NCBI GenBank assembly: GCA_951406725.2
Contig: OX597838.1
Span: forward strand, 28,210,001 to 28,274,000
Direction of reading: 5' to 3'
DNA: 64,000 nt
From: Octopus vulgaris
Lineage: Eukaryota
This document shows, piece by piece, positions 25,104-37,985 of this stretch. Below the pieces are notes generated by a model that was not told where the DNA came from, made no database searches, and saw only the letters and a list, made by a program, of their open reading frames with translations. Every line of letters starts with the position of its first letter. Position 1 is the stretch's first letter. A program made the position numbers and the translations under genes.

Positions 25104-25530
25104 TGAAGAAGAAGAGGGAAAAGAAGAAGAGAAGAAGAAGAAGAAGAAGAAGAAGAGGGAGAAGAAGAAGAGGGAGAAGAAGAAGAGGGAGAAGAAGAAG
25201 AGGGAGAAGAAGAAGAGGGAGAAGAAGAAGAGGGAGAAGAAGAAGAGGGAGAAGAAGAAGAGGAAGAAGAAGAAGAAGAGGAGAAGAAGAAGAAGAGGGA
25301 GAAGAAGAAGAAGAAGAAGAAGAAGAAGAAGAGGGAGAAGAAGAAGAAGAGGGAGAAGAAGAAGAAGAGGAGAAAGAATAAAAATATGAAGAAGAGGAGG
25401 AAGAAGAGGGAGAAGAGGAGAAGAAAAAGAAGAGGAGGAAGAAGAAAAAGAAGAGGAGGAAGAAGAAGAGGGAGAAGGAGAGGAAGAAAAAGGAGGAAGA
25501 AGAGGGAGAAGGTGAGGAAGAAAAAGGAGA
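25104..25530. repeat. Polypurine (GAA/GAG)n tract
   Basis: About 430 bp almost entirely purine. Confidence 0.92.
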
Positions 25531-25854
25531 CAGGAAAGTCCAAGAGAAATGGAAGATGGAGGAAAAAAATTGCCATCAGCCCACATGTGGTTACATATTG
25601 AAATGTGTGTGTATAGGCCTTCCTGACTGGCTCCTGTGCTGGTGGCACGTAAAAAGCACCCACTACATTCTCAGAGTGGTTGGCATTAGGAAGGGCATCC
25701 AGCCTGAGAAAATCTGCCACAATAAACTATCCAACCCTCCCTTGTAAGCATAGAAATGAGGACATTACAATGATGATGATGAACTTATTGTATACAATGC
25801 TCAGATGCACTACAACTCATCAGATATATACATACATCATATATATACACACAT

Positions 25855-25888
<34 letters not shown>

Positions 25889-26421
25889 TACACACACACA
25901 TATATATACACACATGCAATATATACATGCATGCACACACATATACACACAAATATATACATGTACACATACATATATATATATATATATATACACACGC
26001 ACACACACATATATGTATATATGTACACAAAATGCCTGAAAAACAAAGATGGGTTGGTCATGGGCGGAACACTGCTTGATTATTTAGAGAGGAAAAAGTT
26101 GCTTTTAAATAATAACAACAATGAAATGACAAGAACTACAAACGACAGTTTTATGACAACAACAACAAATACAACGATAAAACAACAAAACCATAACAGA
26201 ACAAAAAGAAACAAATAACAATTACAACAAATAATCAATGACACAAAAACAAATCCAACAATAAAGACAACACAACAACATGGATACTAAAACACAACAG
26301 CACAGCAGTAACAAAAAAACATCAAGAATACAATGACAATAACAAACCTGATGACTGCTGACACAATGTGTAACCTTAAAGAACACCACAAATGTCCAAA
26401 AGACACAGGAAATATTCTTAC

Positions 26422-26520
26422 CTTCGAGAATCGTCAGCCTTTGATTTCCACAGTTTTACTATTGTTTTTACACTTTCTCCTTTGGGTACTGTTACATCTG
26501 TGTATGTCACGGTTTTGTAT
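26422..26520 (-). CDS. CPD: CPD exon: end of repeat-1 transthyretin-like subdomain (YKTVTYTDVTVPKGESVKTIVKLWKSKADDSR)
   Basis: ttgtag| acceptor, |gtaaga donor, 99 bp, phase 2 to 2, joins both neighbours in frame. Confidence 0.85.
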
Positions 26521-26813
26521 CTACAATAAATATGATAAAATTAATGATACACAGACAGACAATTAAGACGGTAAGATGGATGAAAATGAAAAAAAAAAAA
26601 AAGACTGATACTAAGTGTCTTCTTCATTGTGGTACAAAAGATTCAAACAGTGGAAATAAAAATGCTTATGCAGTGAGGAAGAAGAGGAGTCTAACAGGAC
26701 AGTCAAGATCTCATGAAAATTTCTAATAAACAAATTCTGCTACGTCAGATGGCTATGTAGTATATTTTGATAATGTAATGTTGGATACAGTATAATAATA
26801 ATAATAATGATAA

Positions 26814-27184
26814 CTAGCACTATGACCTGGCAATGCCGGGTCATAGTGCTAGTGCATGCATATACAGCTGCGTGCGTGCGCACATACACGCGAGTACTGT
26901 CCAAACCTCTGACCAATCACATACAGCTAGCTGGCATTCAATTGGCGTATCAACTTTTGGGAATTTTGATTGGGTTTTGGATAGAAAATTCACAAAAAAA
27001 GTCACTTCTATTGATTTTTTAATGGCTTTGCGGGGTGACTGGGGAAATGTAAAGATGTGCACGACCACCTTTGGACGGTTTTGAATGACCATAGAAAGTG
27101 CAAGCCCTCTAACTGAAAAATTGTGGATTTGTATAAAGGATACACACCACACACAGAGACATTTTGCCGTTATATATATAGAGA
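26814..27184 (-). mobile_element. Non-autonomous Helitron-like element
   Basis: Minus strand begins A|TCTCTATATATA and ends with a GC-rich hairpin and CTAG|T. Confidence 0.65.
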
Positions 27185-27412
27185 TAATAATAATAATGGT
27201 TTCAAATTTTTCCACAAGGGCAGCGATTTTGGGGGAGGGACTAAGTCGATTACATCAACCCCAGAATTTCACTGGTACTTAATTTATTGACCCAGAAAGG
27301 ATGAAATGAAAAGTCGACCTCGGGGGAATTTGAACTCAGAATGTGAAGACAGGCGAAATACTGCTAAGCATTTCACCCAGCAGAGGGCTAATGATTCTGC
27401 CAGCTTGCTGCC

Positions 27413-27445
<33 letters not shown>

Positions 27446-27703
27446 GGGCTACAGCAAATATTCAGCTCAATACCACAGATTTTCATAGGATATATGCATC
27501 TCTGATCATGAGCAGAAGTAGTAGGAGAGCATCATAACCATGTGTTGAGAGGAATTCTTTGGGGTTTGAATAATTCACCTCTAGAAACATGGGTGTTTTG
27601 TTCATCATCCTTAAACAAGCCTTATTCAGGGAGCTTTTGAGCGGGATCGGCTACTTGACCAGAAGAAAATTCTAACAGGGCCCCACCTGCAAGGTTATGC
27701 TCT

Positions 27704-28167
27704 TGTAGTGACGCTACTGTGTAAGTTTCAGCGCACATGCGCAGAATTGGATTACTTCTGGTTGGCCACCGGAAGTTTTCCTCATGTGCATGTGCAGGAA
27801 CTGGAACCTGAAAGCCTGACCGCTGAATCGCTCTTTCTGGCAGAGCAGCACTAGCGGTCGGACGTGGCTTGACTTTCTCTCAGGGAACAACCCTACACTC
27901 AGAGAACCTCACCCCTACGAAGCGGGAATGGACACCGAATCATCTTGACTCGCACGAGAGAACATTGTAATCAGTCCTGTGGATTCGGCTGCCGGTTTCC
28001 CCACAAGAAATACCTGTGTACATGTTTTACCTGTAACCGCAGAATAAACCACCACTTACTGTTATCAAAGACAGCCTGACTTTGTCTCCGTTTCTTCAAC
28101 TTGAATTGAATGTGACAGGATCAAACCAGACACCCCTCCAGTGTTCCTGAATTCTCATCCTGTTACA
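27704..28167 (+). mobile_element. Solo LTR, 464 bp
   Basis: TGTA...TACA termini, AATAAA at 28043, near-TSD ctct/cgct. Interrupts a repeat whose uninterrupted form is at about 20900-20935. Confidence 0.75.
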
Positions 28168-28238
28168 CGCTGTTTATCTTAGCCGTTAATGGTACCCTAC
28201 CCTACATGTAGTAACAATAGGAAAGAGATGGAACTTAC

Positions 28239-28408
28239 CCAGGTGCACTGAAGGTGACATCGTATGTACCGGGAAGCAAGAGACGCCAGAAGTCGCCAAA
28301 AGTTGAAGTCGTTATGTTGTGTGCGTTACCATGGATATGGACAGAGACGTTTGGTATTCCGACCATACTGTCACCTTCTCGGACAAAACCGGAGAATCCA
28401 ATGTGGAC
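28239..28408 (-). CDS. CPD: CPD exon: transthyretin-like subdomain of repeat 1 (VHIGFSGFVREGDSMVGIPNVSVHIHGNAHNITTSTFGDFWRLLLPGTYDVTFSAPG)
   Basis: Read manually (absent from the ORF track). GDFWRLLLPG motif, ttcttag| acceptor, |gtaagt donor, 170 bp, phase 0 to 2. Confidence 0.93.
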
Positions 28409-29008
28409 CTAAGAAAATAAAACAGGAAACATTTCCTTTTATTAACAGAAAGTGAAAAAAATGAAACACAAAAATTACACACCACTTGAAGAATTCATCA
28501 GGATTTTGTTGTTTTTAATAAAAGATAGATTTGAAGATAGTGAAACATAAGGGAGCAAAAGGGGAAATCTTGTCGATTCTTTTGGTCTTAACATTTAATC
28601 AGGAAGAAACAAACAGTTCTTATGATCTTTTATTGTTCACAGCATCTCTGAGATTGGAAGTTTTCCTAAAAACCGGAGACTTGGCCCAAATGCTTACAAT
28701 AGAATGGACTCTGCTGAAAGTACCCAAGAACCAGGTGGTGGGGCACTGGCAGGGGTGTTGCAGTGTTGGACAAATTGGTTATTGGCATTTCCTCTGTTTA
28801 TTTATGTTCTGAGTTCAAATACCACCAAGGTACTTTTCATTGTTTGTGGGGTCAGTAAAATAAATACCAGTTGAACACTGGACTCAATGTAATTGACTAA
28901 CCCCGATGTTCTCCAAAATTTCAGGTTTTGCGCCTTTAGTAGAAAGGATTATTATTATTATTACTATTATTATTATACAATTCTATATTTAAGAGATAAG
29001 GAATTCTG

Positions 29009-29122
29009 TACATTATTTACATTCGACGGATATTTGTCCTCATCTTGTTTGTTGTTAACACACAGATTCCGTGTGTTAACAACAAACAAGATGAGGACAA
29101 ATATCCGTCGAATGTAAATAAT

Positions 29123-29125
<3 letters not shown>
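29009..29125. repeat. Perfect inverted repeat, 55-bp arms, 7-nt loop
   Basis: Arms 29009-29063 and 29071-29125. Confidence 0.92.
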
Positions 29126-29161
<36 letters not shown>

Positions 29162-29375
29162 GGGTGGTGAGCTGGCAGAACCCTTAGCATGCTGGGAAAA
29201 ATGCTTAACAGTATTTCATCTGGTTTTATGTTCTGAGTTCAAATTCCACTGAGGCTGACTTTGCTTTACATCCTTTTGGGGTTGATGAAATAAGTACCAG
29301 TTGAACATTGGGGTCAATGTAATCAACTTACCCACCTCTACCAAAATTGCTGACCTTGTGCCAAAATTTGAAACC

Positions 29376-29647
29376 ATTATTATCATTATTATAGACATCG
29401 CACAGTATACGATATCATGAGGTTGTTGATTGAAGATGTTGTGTCTACTGGGGGGTTTGTACTATTTGTCAAGTCACAACAAGGACCTCAGACAGACAGT
29501 ACTTTATGCAATATGCGTGCAGTTCCAAGCAATGCTGACTTTTGCAATACATCTAGATTGTAGGGTATCTCTAAGGTTTCCAGATGCTTCTTCAGATTGG
29601 GTGGTATTGAATCCAATGCTCTGATGACAATAGGGATAACTTTTATG
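29376..29647 (-). mobile_element. R4/Dong-like (REL endonuclease) non-LTR retrotransposon 3-prime end
   Basis: KVIPIVIRALDSIP..LKKHL..L...LQKSALLGTARILHKVL* C-terminus followed by a short UTR and a (TAA)-type tail. Confidence 0.7.
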
Positions 29648-30187
29648 TTCAAGTTCCTGTCAATTTTAACCAACATTTTTGAACCATCAATTTTTATGTA
29701 TCCCCAAAACATCAGACTCTTACCCCAAACTTCACTGTTTTCGTCATGTAACATGGGTTGTTTCACTTTCCTGGAAGCCTTCTGACAAATTCTCGTTTAT
29801 TAGAAAGCGAAACGAGCCACGTTACATGACGAAAACAGTGAAGTTTTGGGGTAAGAGTCTGATGCTTTCGGGTCACATAAAAAGTGATGGTTCAAGAAAG
29901 TCGGTCAAAATTGATGGTAACTTGAATAGTGCCAAATACATACAGTTGCTGATGGACAATTTGATAGCAGACTTGGATGAAGGTGAGATTTTTCAGCCTG
30001 ACGGAGCGCTAACATATGACAGACACAGTTATGTGCAACACAAGAGAGTCTGGCTGATGAAGGTGTTACCGTATTGAAAGATTGGCCAGCTCAGAGCCCT
30101 GACTTAAATATCATCGAGCAAATGTGGACAGAACTAAAGAGAAGAGTTCGTCAGAAGAGTCCATTCAATCTTGAAGAGTTGTGGGAG
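29648..30187 (+). mobile_element. Tc1-like transposase remnant with local inverted duplication
   Basis: GNLNSAKYIQLLMDNL...IFQPDGA and WPAQSPDLNIIEQMWTELKRRV motifs, frameshifted. Confidence 0.8.
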
Positions 30188-30980
30188 CTCAGCCACAGCA
30201 GGCAACTGAAACTGGCTGGCTGTGGACAAGTGTACCACCATGCATTTTGGGAGAAAAAACCCTGCGTCCACATACTCCCTCCACAACACTGATATCAAGA
30301 AATCCTCTTGCAAGCGTGACCTAGGCATCACTGTCAGCAGTGATTTGCATTGGACAAAGCATATCTCTAAAATTGTCAAGAAGGCCGAGGGTGTCTTGGC
30401 ATCACTCAGCAAGACTTTTGTTAGCCGCTCTCCAGCCATCTATTTAAAACTGCATACAGCTATGGTACGACCACACTTGAAATTCGCATCATCAGTTTGG
30501 AATCCCTATCTTGCTCAGAACATTGACCTCCTGGAATCTGTTCAGAGACGTGCAACCAAACGCATACCCTCCATCAGACACCTACCATATTCTGAGCGCC
30601 TTGTTACCCTGGGCATGGATTCACTGAAGCTCCGGCGTCTGGCAACGGACTTGGTAAACACCCACAAAGTTATCAACCACCTCACCAACAACAACACTGA
30701 ACACCTTTTTGATCTCCATGTGTCTAACACACGTGGACATGCCTACAAAGTCAGAAAACAACACAGCTCCCATGACTTTCGGAAACATTTTTTCACGCTC
30801 AGAGTTGCTGAAGCATGGAATAAACTGCCTGCGTCAGTTGTTGACTGCCATGACACTGCATCCTTTAAGGCCCTCATGCTTTCCGAAATCCACCGAAACT
30901 ACACCTGATTATATATACACTTTAGATGAGTTGTAGTGCACCTGAGCACTGTACACAATTATTATTATTATTATTATTAT
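30188..30980 (+). mobile_element. 5-prime-truncated CR1-clade LINE (end of RT ORF2, 3-prime UTR, (ATT)n tail)
   Basis: ORF 30222-30908 with RDLGI.VSSDL.W..HI, VRPHL.FASSVWNPY, LESVQRRATK and TRGH motifs. Tail gatgagttgtagtgcacctgagcactgtacacaat. Confidence 0.9.
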
Positions 30981-30982
30981 AT

Positions 30983-31253
30983 ATAATTAAAAATGAGGGT
31001 GTCTGAGAGACACCAACATGCCGAAATAGCAGTCGAAATTCTGACTATAAAAACCACGTTAAGTGTTCATATCGTACCATGAGATAAGACAGAAGGACAA
31101 AATATACAAGCAAAAGTTACTTTTGCTTGTATATTTTGTCCCTCTGTCTTATCTCATGGTACGATATGAACACTTAAGTTGGTTTTTATAGTCAGAATTT
31201 CGACTGCTATTTCGGCATGTTGGTGTCTCTCAGACACCCTCATTTTTAATTAT
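30983..31253. repeat. Near-perfect 271-bp palindrome
   Basis: 135-bp arms centred on 31118. Confidence 0.92.
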
Positions 31254-31346
31254 TAAAAATTATTACCTTTGTACGGTATTTTTTCCATGCTGGCCACTTG
31301 ATAGATAATATTGATACTTAAATATCGATATTATCCTCATATATAA

Positions 31347-31401
<55 letters not shown>

Positions 31402-31930
31402 AACACATACGGGGGTGGGGCTGCATAGTTGCCATGAAGCAAAGTATTGACCAATCCAAACATATGCTAATGTAACAGTAACAATGATGACAACAACACC
31501 ACCAACTGCTGACAGAAGTAATTGTGGAGCTGTTAACTTGAGTAACACCTGTTGTCAGAGTTCAAAATTAATAGGGTGTGTGTGTGTGTGTGTGTGTTTG
31601 TGTGTGGAGAGCAAGAGAAGAAGGAGGAGAAGGAATATGATGGTGGTGGTCATACTAAGGCCTTCCTATACAATTCTTTTCCCCCCACCTTAGTTTGTGA
31701 CATTTTAGTTTTAAAAATCAATATTTGTCAAAAGAAACCATTACGAAAAAAAAACATTTCAACATTATTTTCCGATTTGTGAAAACAGTAGAGAAAAACA
31801 AAAATAAAACAAACATTACCAGAATCATTAGAATACCAGAAAAAGTAATTATTATTATGGCCAGGTTCCAACCCAGGCCTTTCGGCCCTTCCTTAGTTTA
31901 ATAATGACAGGGGTCACATACTCCTCCTGT

Positions 31931-32215
31931 GGAGGCACATGGCCTAGTGGTTAGAGCAGTGGACTCGCAGTCGGGGGATCGCGAGTTCGAATCTCAGACC
32001 GGGCGATGTGTGTGTTTATTAGCGAAACACCTAAGCTTCATGCGGCTCCGGCAGAAGGTAATGGCGAACTTCTGCTGACTCTTTCGCCACAACTTTCTCT
32101 CACTCTTTCCTCCTGCATCTTGCAGCTCACCTGTGACGGTGAGCTATATGCCAAGGAAACCGGGAAAACGGCCCTTATGAGCCAGGCATGGCTCGAGAAG
32201 GAACAAACAACAACA
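31931..32215 (+). mobile_element. SINE family D
   Basis: Same head, flanked by the direct repeat cat(a)-ctcctcctgt. Confidence 0.78.
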
Positions 32216-33211
32216 TACTCCTCCTGTAGATTGTATTTCTTCATTAGTAGAGACAAGATCTCATTTGAAGAATCAGAGATTGTACAGATCCAATGAATTG
32301 GTTTGTCAAAGATTGCATCCACCACATCCCAACCTCCTACAGTTCAAGGTTGGGATGTTTTTATCATTGAGCTTTACTCCTCTAGGTCTGGAACTGTTTA
32401 TCTTTATATTCACAGCTAACCTTTATATCTGAGGGCCTTTCCCCTATCTGTCAACTGGGGACCCAGAAGATAGAAATTTTCTCTCCACACCAAGGACTGT
32501 CGGATAATGGTTTGACTCAGACCTCCCCGCCAACTGTTTTAGGAGCCCTCCCTCCAGATTTTCAGTAGAGCTTTACCTTTCATCTTTTGGGGTCGATGAA
32601 ATAAGTACCAGTATAACACGGAGGGGAGGTGGGGGTCGATGTAATCATCTTACCTGCTTCCTGCAAATTTCAGGCCTTGTGCCTATAGTAGAAAGGATTA
32701 TTATTATTATTATTATTATTATTTAGGTGATGAGCTGACAGAATCGTTAGCACGCCAGGCGAAAAGCTTAGCAGCATTTCATCTGTCATTATGTTCTGAG
32801 TTCAAATACTGCCGAGGTTGACTTTGCCTTTCATCCTTTCAGGGTCGATTAAATAAGTACCAGTTATGCACTGAGGTCAATGAAATCAACTAACCCCCAC
32901 CCCCACCAAATTTCAAGGCCTTGTGCCTAGAGTAGAAATAGTTATTATTATCATTATTATTATTAAAGTGTTGAGCTGGCAGAATCATTAGCACACTGGA
33001 CAAAAATGCTTAGTGGCATTTCGTCCTTCTTTACTTCCCGAGTTCAAATTCTGCTGAGGTCGACTTTGCTTTTCATCCTTCTGGGGTTGATAAAATAAGT
33101 ACCAGTCATGCACTGAAGTCAATGTAATCGACTTAGTCCCTTCCCCCAAATTTGAGGCCTTGATCTTCCAATAGAAAGGATCATTATTATTATTATTATT
33201 ATTATATTATA

Positions 33212-33600
33212 GGCGCAGGAGTGGCTGTGTTGTAAGTAGCTTGCTAACCAACCACATGGTTCCGGGTTCAGTCCCACTGCATGGCATCTTGAGCAAGTGT
33301 CTTCTGCTATAGCCTCGGGCCAACCAATGCCTTGTGAGTGGATTTGGGAGACGGAAACTGAAAGAAGCCTGTCGTATATATATATATATGTGTATGTGTT
33401 TGTCCCCCCTAGCATTGCTTGACAACCGATGCTGGTGTGTTTACGTCCCCGTCACTTAACAGTTCGGCAAAAGAGACTGATAGAATAAGTACTGGGCTTA
33501 CAAAGAATAAGTCCTGGGGTCGAATTGCTCGACTAAAGGCAGTGCTCCAGCATGGCTGCAGTCAAATGACTGAAACAAGTAAAAGAGTAAAAGAGAGAGT
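33212..33600 (+). mobile_element. SINE family A
   Basis: Near-identical to 922-1329. Confidence 0.85.
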
Positions 33601-36600
33601 ATACAAAGAGGTGCTATGCCTCAACAGTTTTGTCAAAAGGTGAGTGACTGTGGTAAGAATGGTAGGGAGAATGGAACAACCCTAAGCATGCACCTGTTGA
33701 TTGGAGGACAGCTGGGTGAGGTCTTGTGCCCTTAGTGGTCGGGTCAATCATGGAATAGTCAAGGCTGGAACACATCTGATTATGAATTTGCTCAATCAGG
33801 GCTAAATTGGGGGGAGGGGGTTGAACAACCACCACCATCACCACCACCACTCCAGTGTCAACAATCTCCTCTGAATTCAACCACCACCGATGACAACAAC
33901 AACAACAACAACACAACCACTGACATCGGACCACTAATACTGCAAGTAGCAACTGCAGCAGTAGTAGCAGCAACGACAACAACAACAACAACAACAACAG
34001 CCACTGCCACCGTCCACCACGGGTATATAAGAGCCAGGAGTAGCTTGTTTGCTTGTGAACGTTCCACCTTTCATACCATCCTCCTGCTCCTAAACAGCTC
34101 TGATGGATGGCTTTGGAAACTGCCACCACCACCACCACCACCACCACCACATCTACTACTACCATTACTATTTCTATCACCCTCCAACACACCCACACAC
34201 ACACACCCACGTCTACCACCAATACTGATTCGTAATCACTATTCCCACCTCTCACCACCACCAAATCTGTTGTTGCTACCACTCCATCTCCACCGACATC
34301 TTCATCACTATAACAACCAATGCTGCTACCACCTTCATCACCACCACCACACGCATTTCCTTATCGCTTCCATTACTACTACCACCTTCACCATCCCACC
34401 TGTTACCACTTCTGCTACCACCATTAATACCTCCTCCTCTACCACCACCTCCGTTCCATCGACATATCACTACTATTACAATAGCTACTAACACCACCAC
34501 CACAACCACCACCTCCAGCACCTAAACCATTCCCTTTACTACTATTACTACTACTACAACCTTCACCACTACCACTATTACTACCACAACCTCCATCATC
34601 ATTACTACTGTTACTAATACTATTACTACAATCACCACCACTACTACTACCACCACCACTGTTACCTAAACCATTCCCTTTACTGCTGCTGCTGCTATTA
34701 CTACTACAACCTCCACCACCACACAATCATTACTACCACTACTACAACCTCCACCATCATTACTACTGCTACTACTACTAATACTATTACTACTACAATT
34801 ATCACCACCACCACTACTGCCATTTCTTAAAGCAACCCACCATCTTTTCTGACCCCTTACAAGGTGTCATTAACTAAAAGACATCTTTGCACCTGAATAC
34901 ACGGACACCCACCACCACCACCACCACCACCACCTTCAGAATGGAATAACACGAGACACTATGACCGATACAGAAATGGCTAGTGTTGTCTTCTGTCAAC
35001 CTGTCTGGAGATGCCACCCACTGCAGCAGTGACGACAACAACAACAGCAGCAAGACAGCAGTTGCTGTTTAACACCAGGCCGGTCTGCATCCAACAGACC
35101 TGTGATTTTTGGTGAATGATCTGATCCTTTGTCTAGTTCAACCCTTTTGATACCAAAGCATAGGTGCAGGCGTGGCCGTGTGGTAAGAAGTCAGATTCCC
35201 AGCCATGTGGTGCTCGGATCAGAAAGAATAGTGTAGATGCAAAAGGCTGTGGGATGGTGGAATTGGCAGAACATCAGACGAAATGCATTGAGTAATTTCT
35301 TTGGGATTTTTACCTTCTGGGTTCAAATCCTACCAAGGTCAGTTTTGGTTTTCATCTTTCTGGGGTCAATAAAATGATATAGTAGTCAAGTCCTGGGGTT
35401 AATATAATTGACCAACCCCTTACACTCTTTTCCTCCTGTTGGGGCTGGTAAAATGAAGTACCAGTCATGTACTGGAGGCAATATGAATGATTAACCCTTT
35501 GCCCTTACCTTCAGGTCTTGTGCTGATGTTAGAAACAATGAAAAATTGGGTGAGGGGGCAGTGGAACAGCAACAAACATCATTAATATGTGGTGGGGTGG
35601 AGCTGGTATTTGAGAATGAGAACGGTTTCTATGACTGGCACAAGGCCAGCAATTTTGAAGAAAGGGGCAAGTAGACTGCATCAACTCCAGTACCTGACAG
35701 GTATTTTATTTTCTTCGACTCACAGAGGATAAAAGGAAAAGTTGACCTTGGCAGAATTTGAACTCAGAGCCAAAACTTTTGGCACCAAATGCTAAAAGTT
35801 CTGGATCTGCATCCAATTGCATTATGAATACCCACTGCAATGAATGCTAATAGCCACAATGGTGAAACATAGGCACAAAACAAATGGTTTAAAATGAATT
35901 TTTCCTTCAGGTAGCGGGACTCTGAAAGGGGTCTCAGTGAGTAGCGTCCCTGCCTTCCTGGGCTAGTCTTCCACCACATTTCTTTAAATGGCTTTGGTCT
36001 TGGGACCACTCATGTCTAGAAACTGAGGTTGGGGATAAGCAAGAATACGCTCCCTGTAGAAAATCCAGCACCAAAAAAGCCAGCCCAAAGGCTGGGTGGG
36101 CTGTACCTGCCTGCCTCAGTTGCTATGGCATTGTGGTAGATCTGGCCAACCCCATTAACGGGAACAAAACCCAAATTTAAAACACTGGATGATGATGATA
36201 TATATAGGTGCAACTATGGCTGTGTTGTAAGAAGTTTGCTTCCTAACCACAATGTTTTGGGTTCAGTCCCACTGCATGGCACCTTCAACTGTAGCCTTGG
36301 GCCGACCAAAGCCACATAAGCGCATTTGGTAGAGGGGAGCCTGAAATATCCCATCATATATATATCTATATATCATAATCATTGCCATTTAAAGTCCATT
36401 GTCCATGCTGGGCTGGCATGGTTTGGATGGCTTGACCAAAGCTGGTAAGCTGAGGGGCTGCACCAGACTCCAGTCTGATTTGGCAAGGTTTTTACAGCTG
36501 GATGCCCTTCATAACACCAACCACTTTACAGAGCATAATGGGTGTGTTTTTACATGTGCGTGTGTGTGTATGTCATTGTGTATGTGTTTGTCCCTCACCA

Positions 36601-36726
36601 CTGGTTGAAAACCGGTGTTAGTTTGTTTATGTCCCGGTAACCTAGCAAAAGAAAAAAGTACTGGGGTTGATTCGATCGACTAAAAACTCTCCAGCATGGC
36701 CACAGTCTGATGATCGAAACAAGTAA

Positions 36727-37016
36727 AAGAATAAAAGTTTCAGTCATTTGACCGCATGCTGGAGCACGTAAACACACCAGCATCGGTTGTCAAGCAATGC
36801 TAGGGGGGACAAACACAGACACACAAACACACACACACACATATATATATATATGACAGGCTTCTTTCAGTTTCCGTCTACCAAATCCACTCACAAGGCA
36901 TTGGTCGGTCCGGGGCTATAGCAGAAGACACTTGCCCAAGATGCCACGCAGTGGGACTGAACCCGGAACCATGTGGTTGGTTAGTAAGCTACTTACCACA
37001 CAGCCACTCCTGCGCC
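36727..37016 (-). mobile_element. SINE family A (internally deleted)
   Basis: Reverse complement of the family A head and body. Confidence 0.8.
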
Positions 37017-37324
37017 TATACATTTTAGCAGAAGGTTACACTTAGCCCTTTAGGTATTGGGTTTGCCCAATTCCTGTTTTAACCCTTAAGGCACTGTGCC
37101 ACCACCACCACCACCACCATAAACAAGCATATTGGCATTAACGAAGCCTGTGGCAGCGGTCTGACTTAATTTGTAACAACCTGACAAGGAATTAATGTTT
37201 ACAGCAAGACTAATTACGATGGCGATGCTTAACATGTGTTTCTCTTGATGAACCTCAGCTTCCACGTTTAGTGTTACCAACAAATCTTGACAGAATCCAA
37301 TTTAGAAAATTGGAAAGTAGAAAT

Positions 37325-37408
37325 AAAATATATATACATACACACACACACATATATATATACATACACACATATATACATACACATACACACACACATA
37401 TATACATA

Positions 37409-37446
<38 letters not shown>

Positions 37447-37985
37447 TACATACACACACACACACACATCTATACATACACACATATACACACACACATC
37501 TATACATACACATATACACACACACATCTATACATACACATATACACACACACATATATATACATACACACAAATATATATATACATATATACACACACA
37601 CACATATATATATACATATATACACACACACACATATATATATACATACATACACACATATATATACATACACACACATATATATATACATACATACACA
37701 TATACACACATATATACATACACACACATATATACATACACACACATATATATATATACATACATACACATATACACACATATATATACATACACACACA
37801 TATATACATACACACACATATACACACATATATATACATACACACACACACAAATATATACCTACATATATATACACACACACACACACACAAATATATA
37901 CATACATATATATACACACACACACACACACACAAATATATACATACATATATATACACACACACACAATTAGTATATATATATG
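37325..37985. repeat. Compound TA/CA microsatellite
   Basis: Visible directly. Confidence 0.9.

Noticed and set aside
24293-25720. Poly-His, poly-Pro, poly-Phe and Arg-rich ORFs
   Set aside because: Translations of trinucleotide repeats.
30222-30908. 228-aa ORF as a nested host gene
   Set aside because: It is the C-terminal part of a truncated CR1-clade ORF2 with its own 3-prime tail.
31931-32005. tRNA genes at SINE heads (also 23542, 22920-22994, 922)
   Set aside because: A/B boxes are present but the acceptor stems are poor, and each continues into a shared SINE body.
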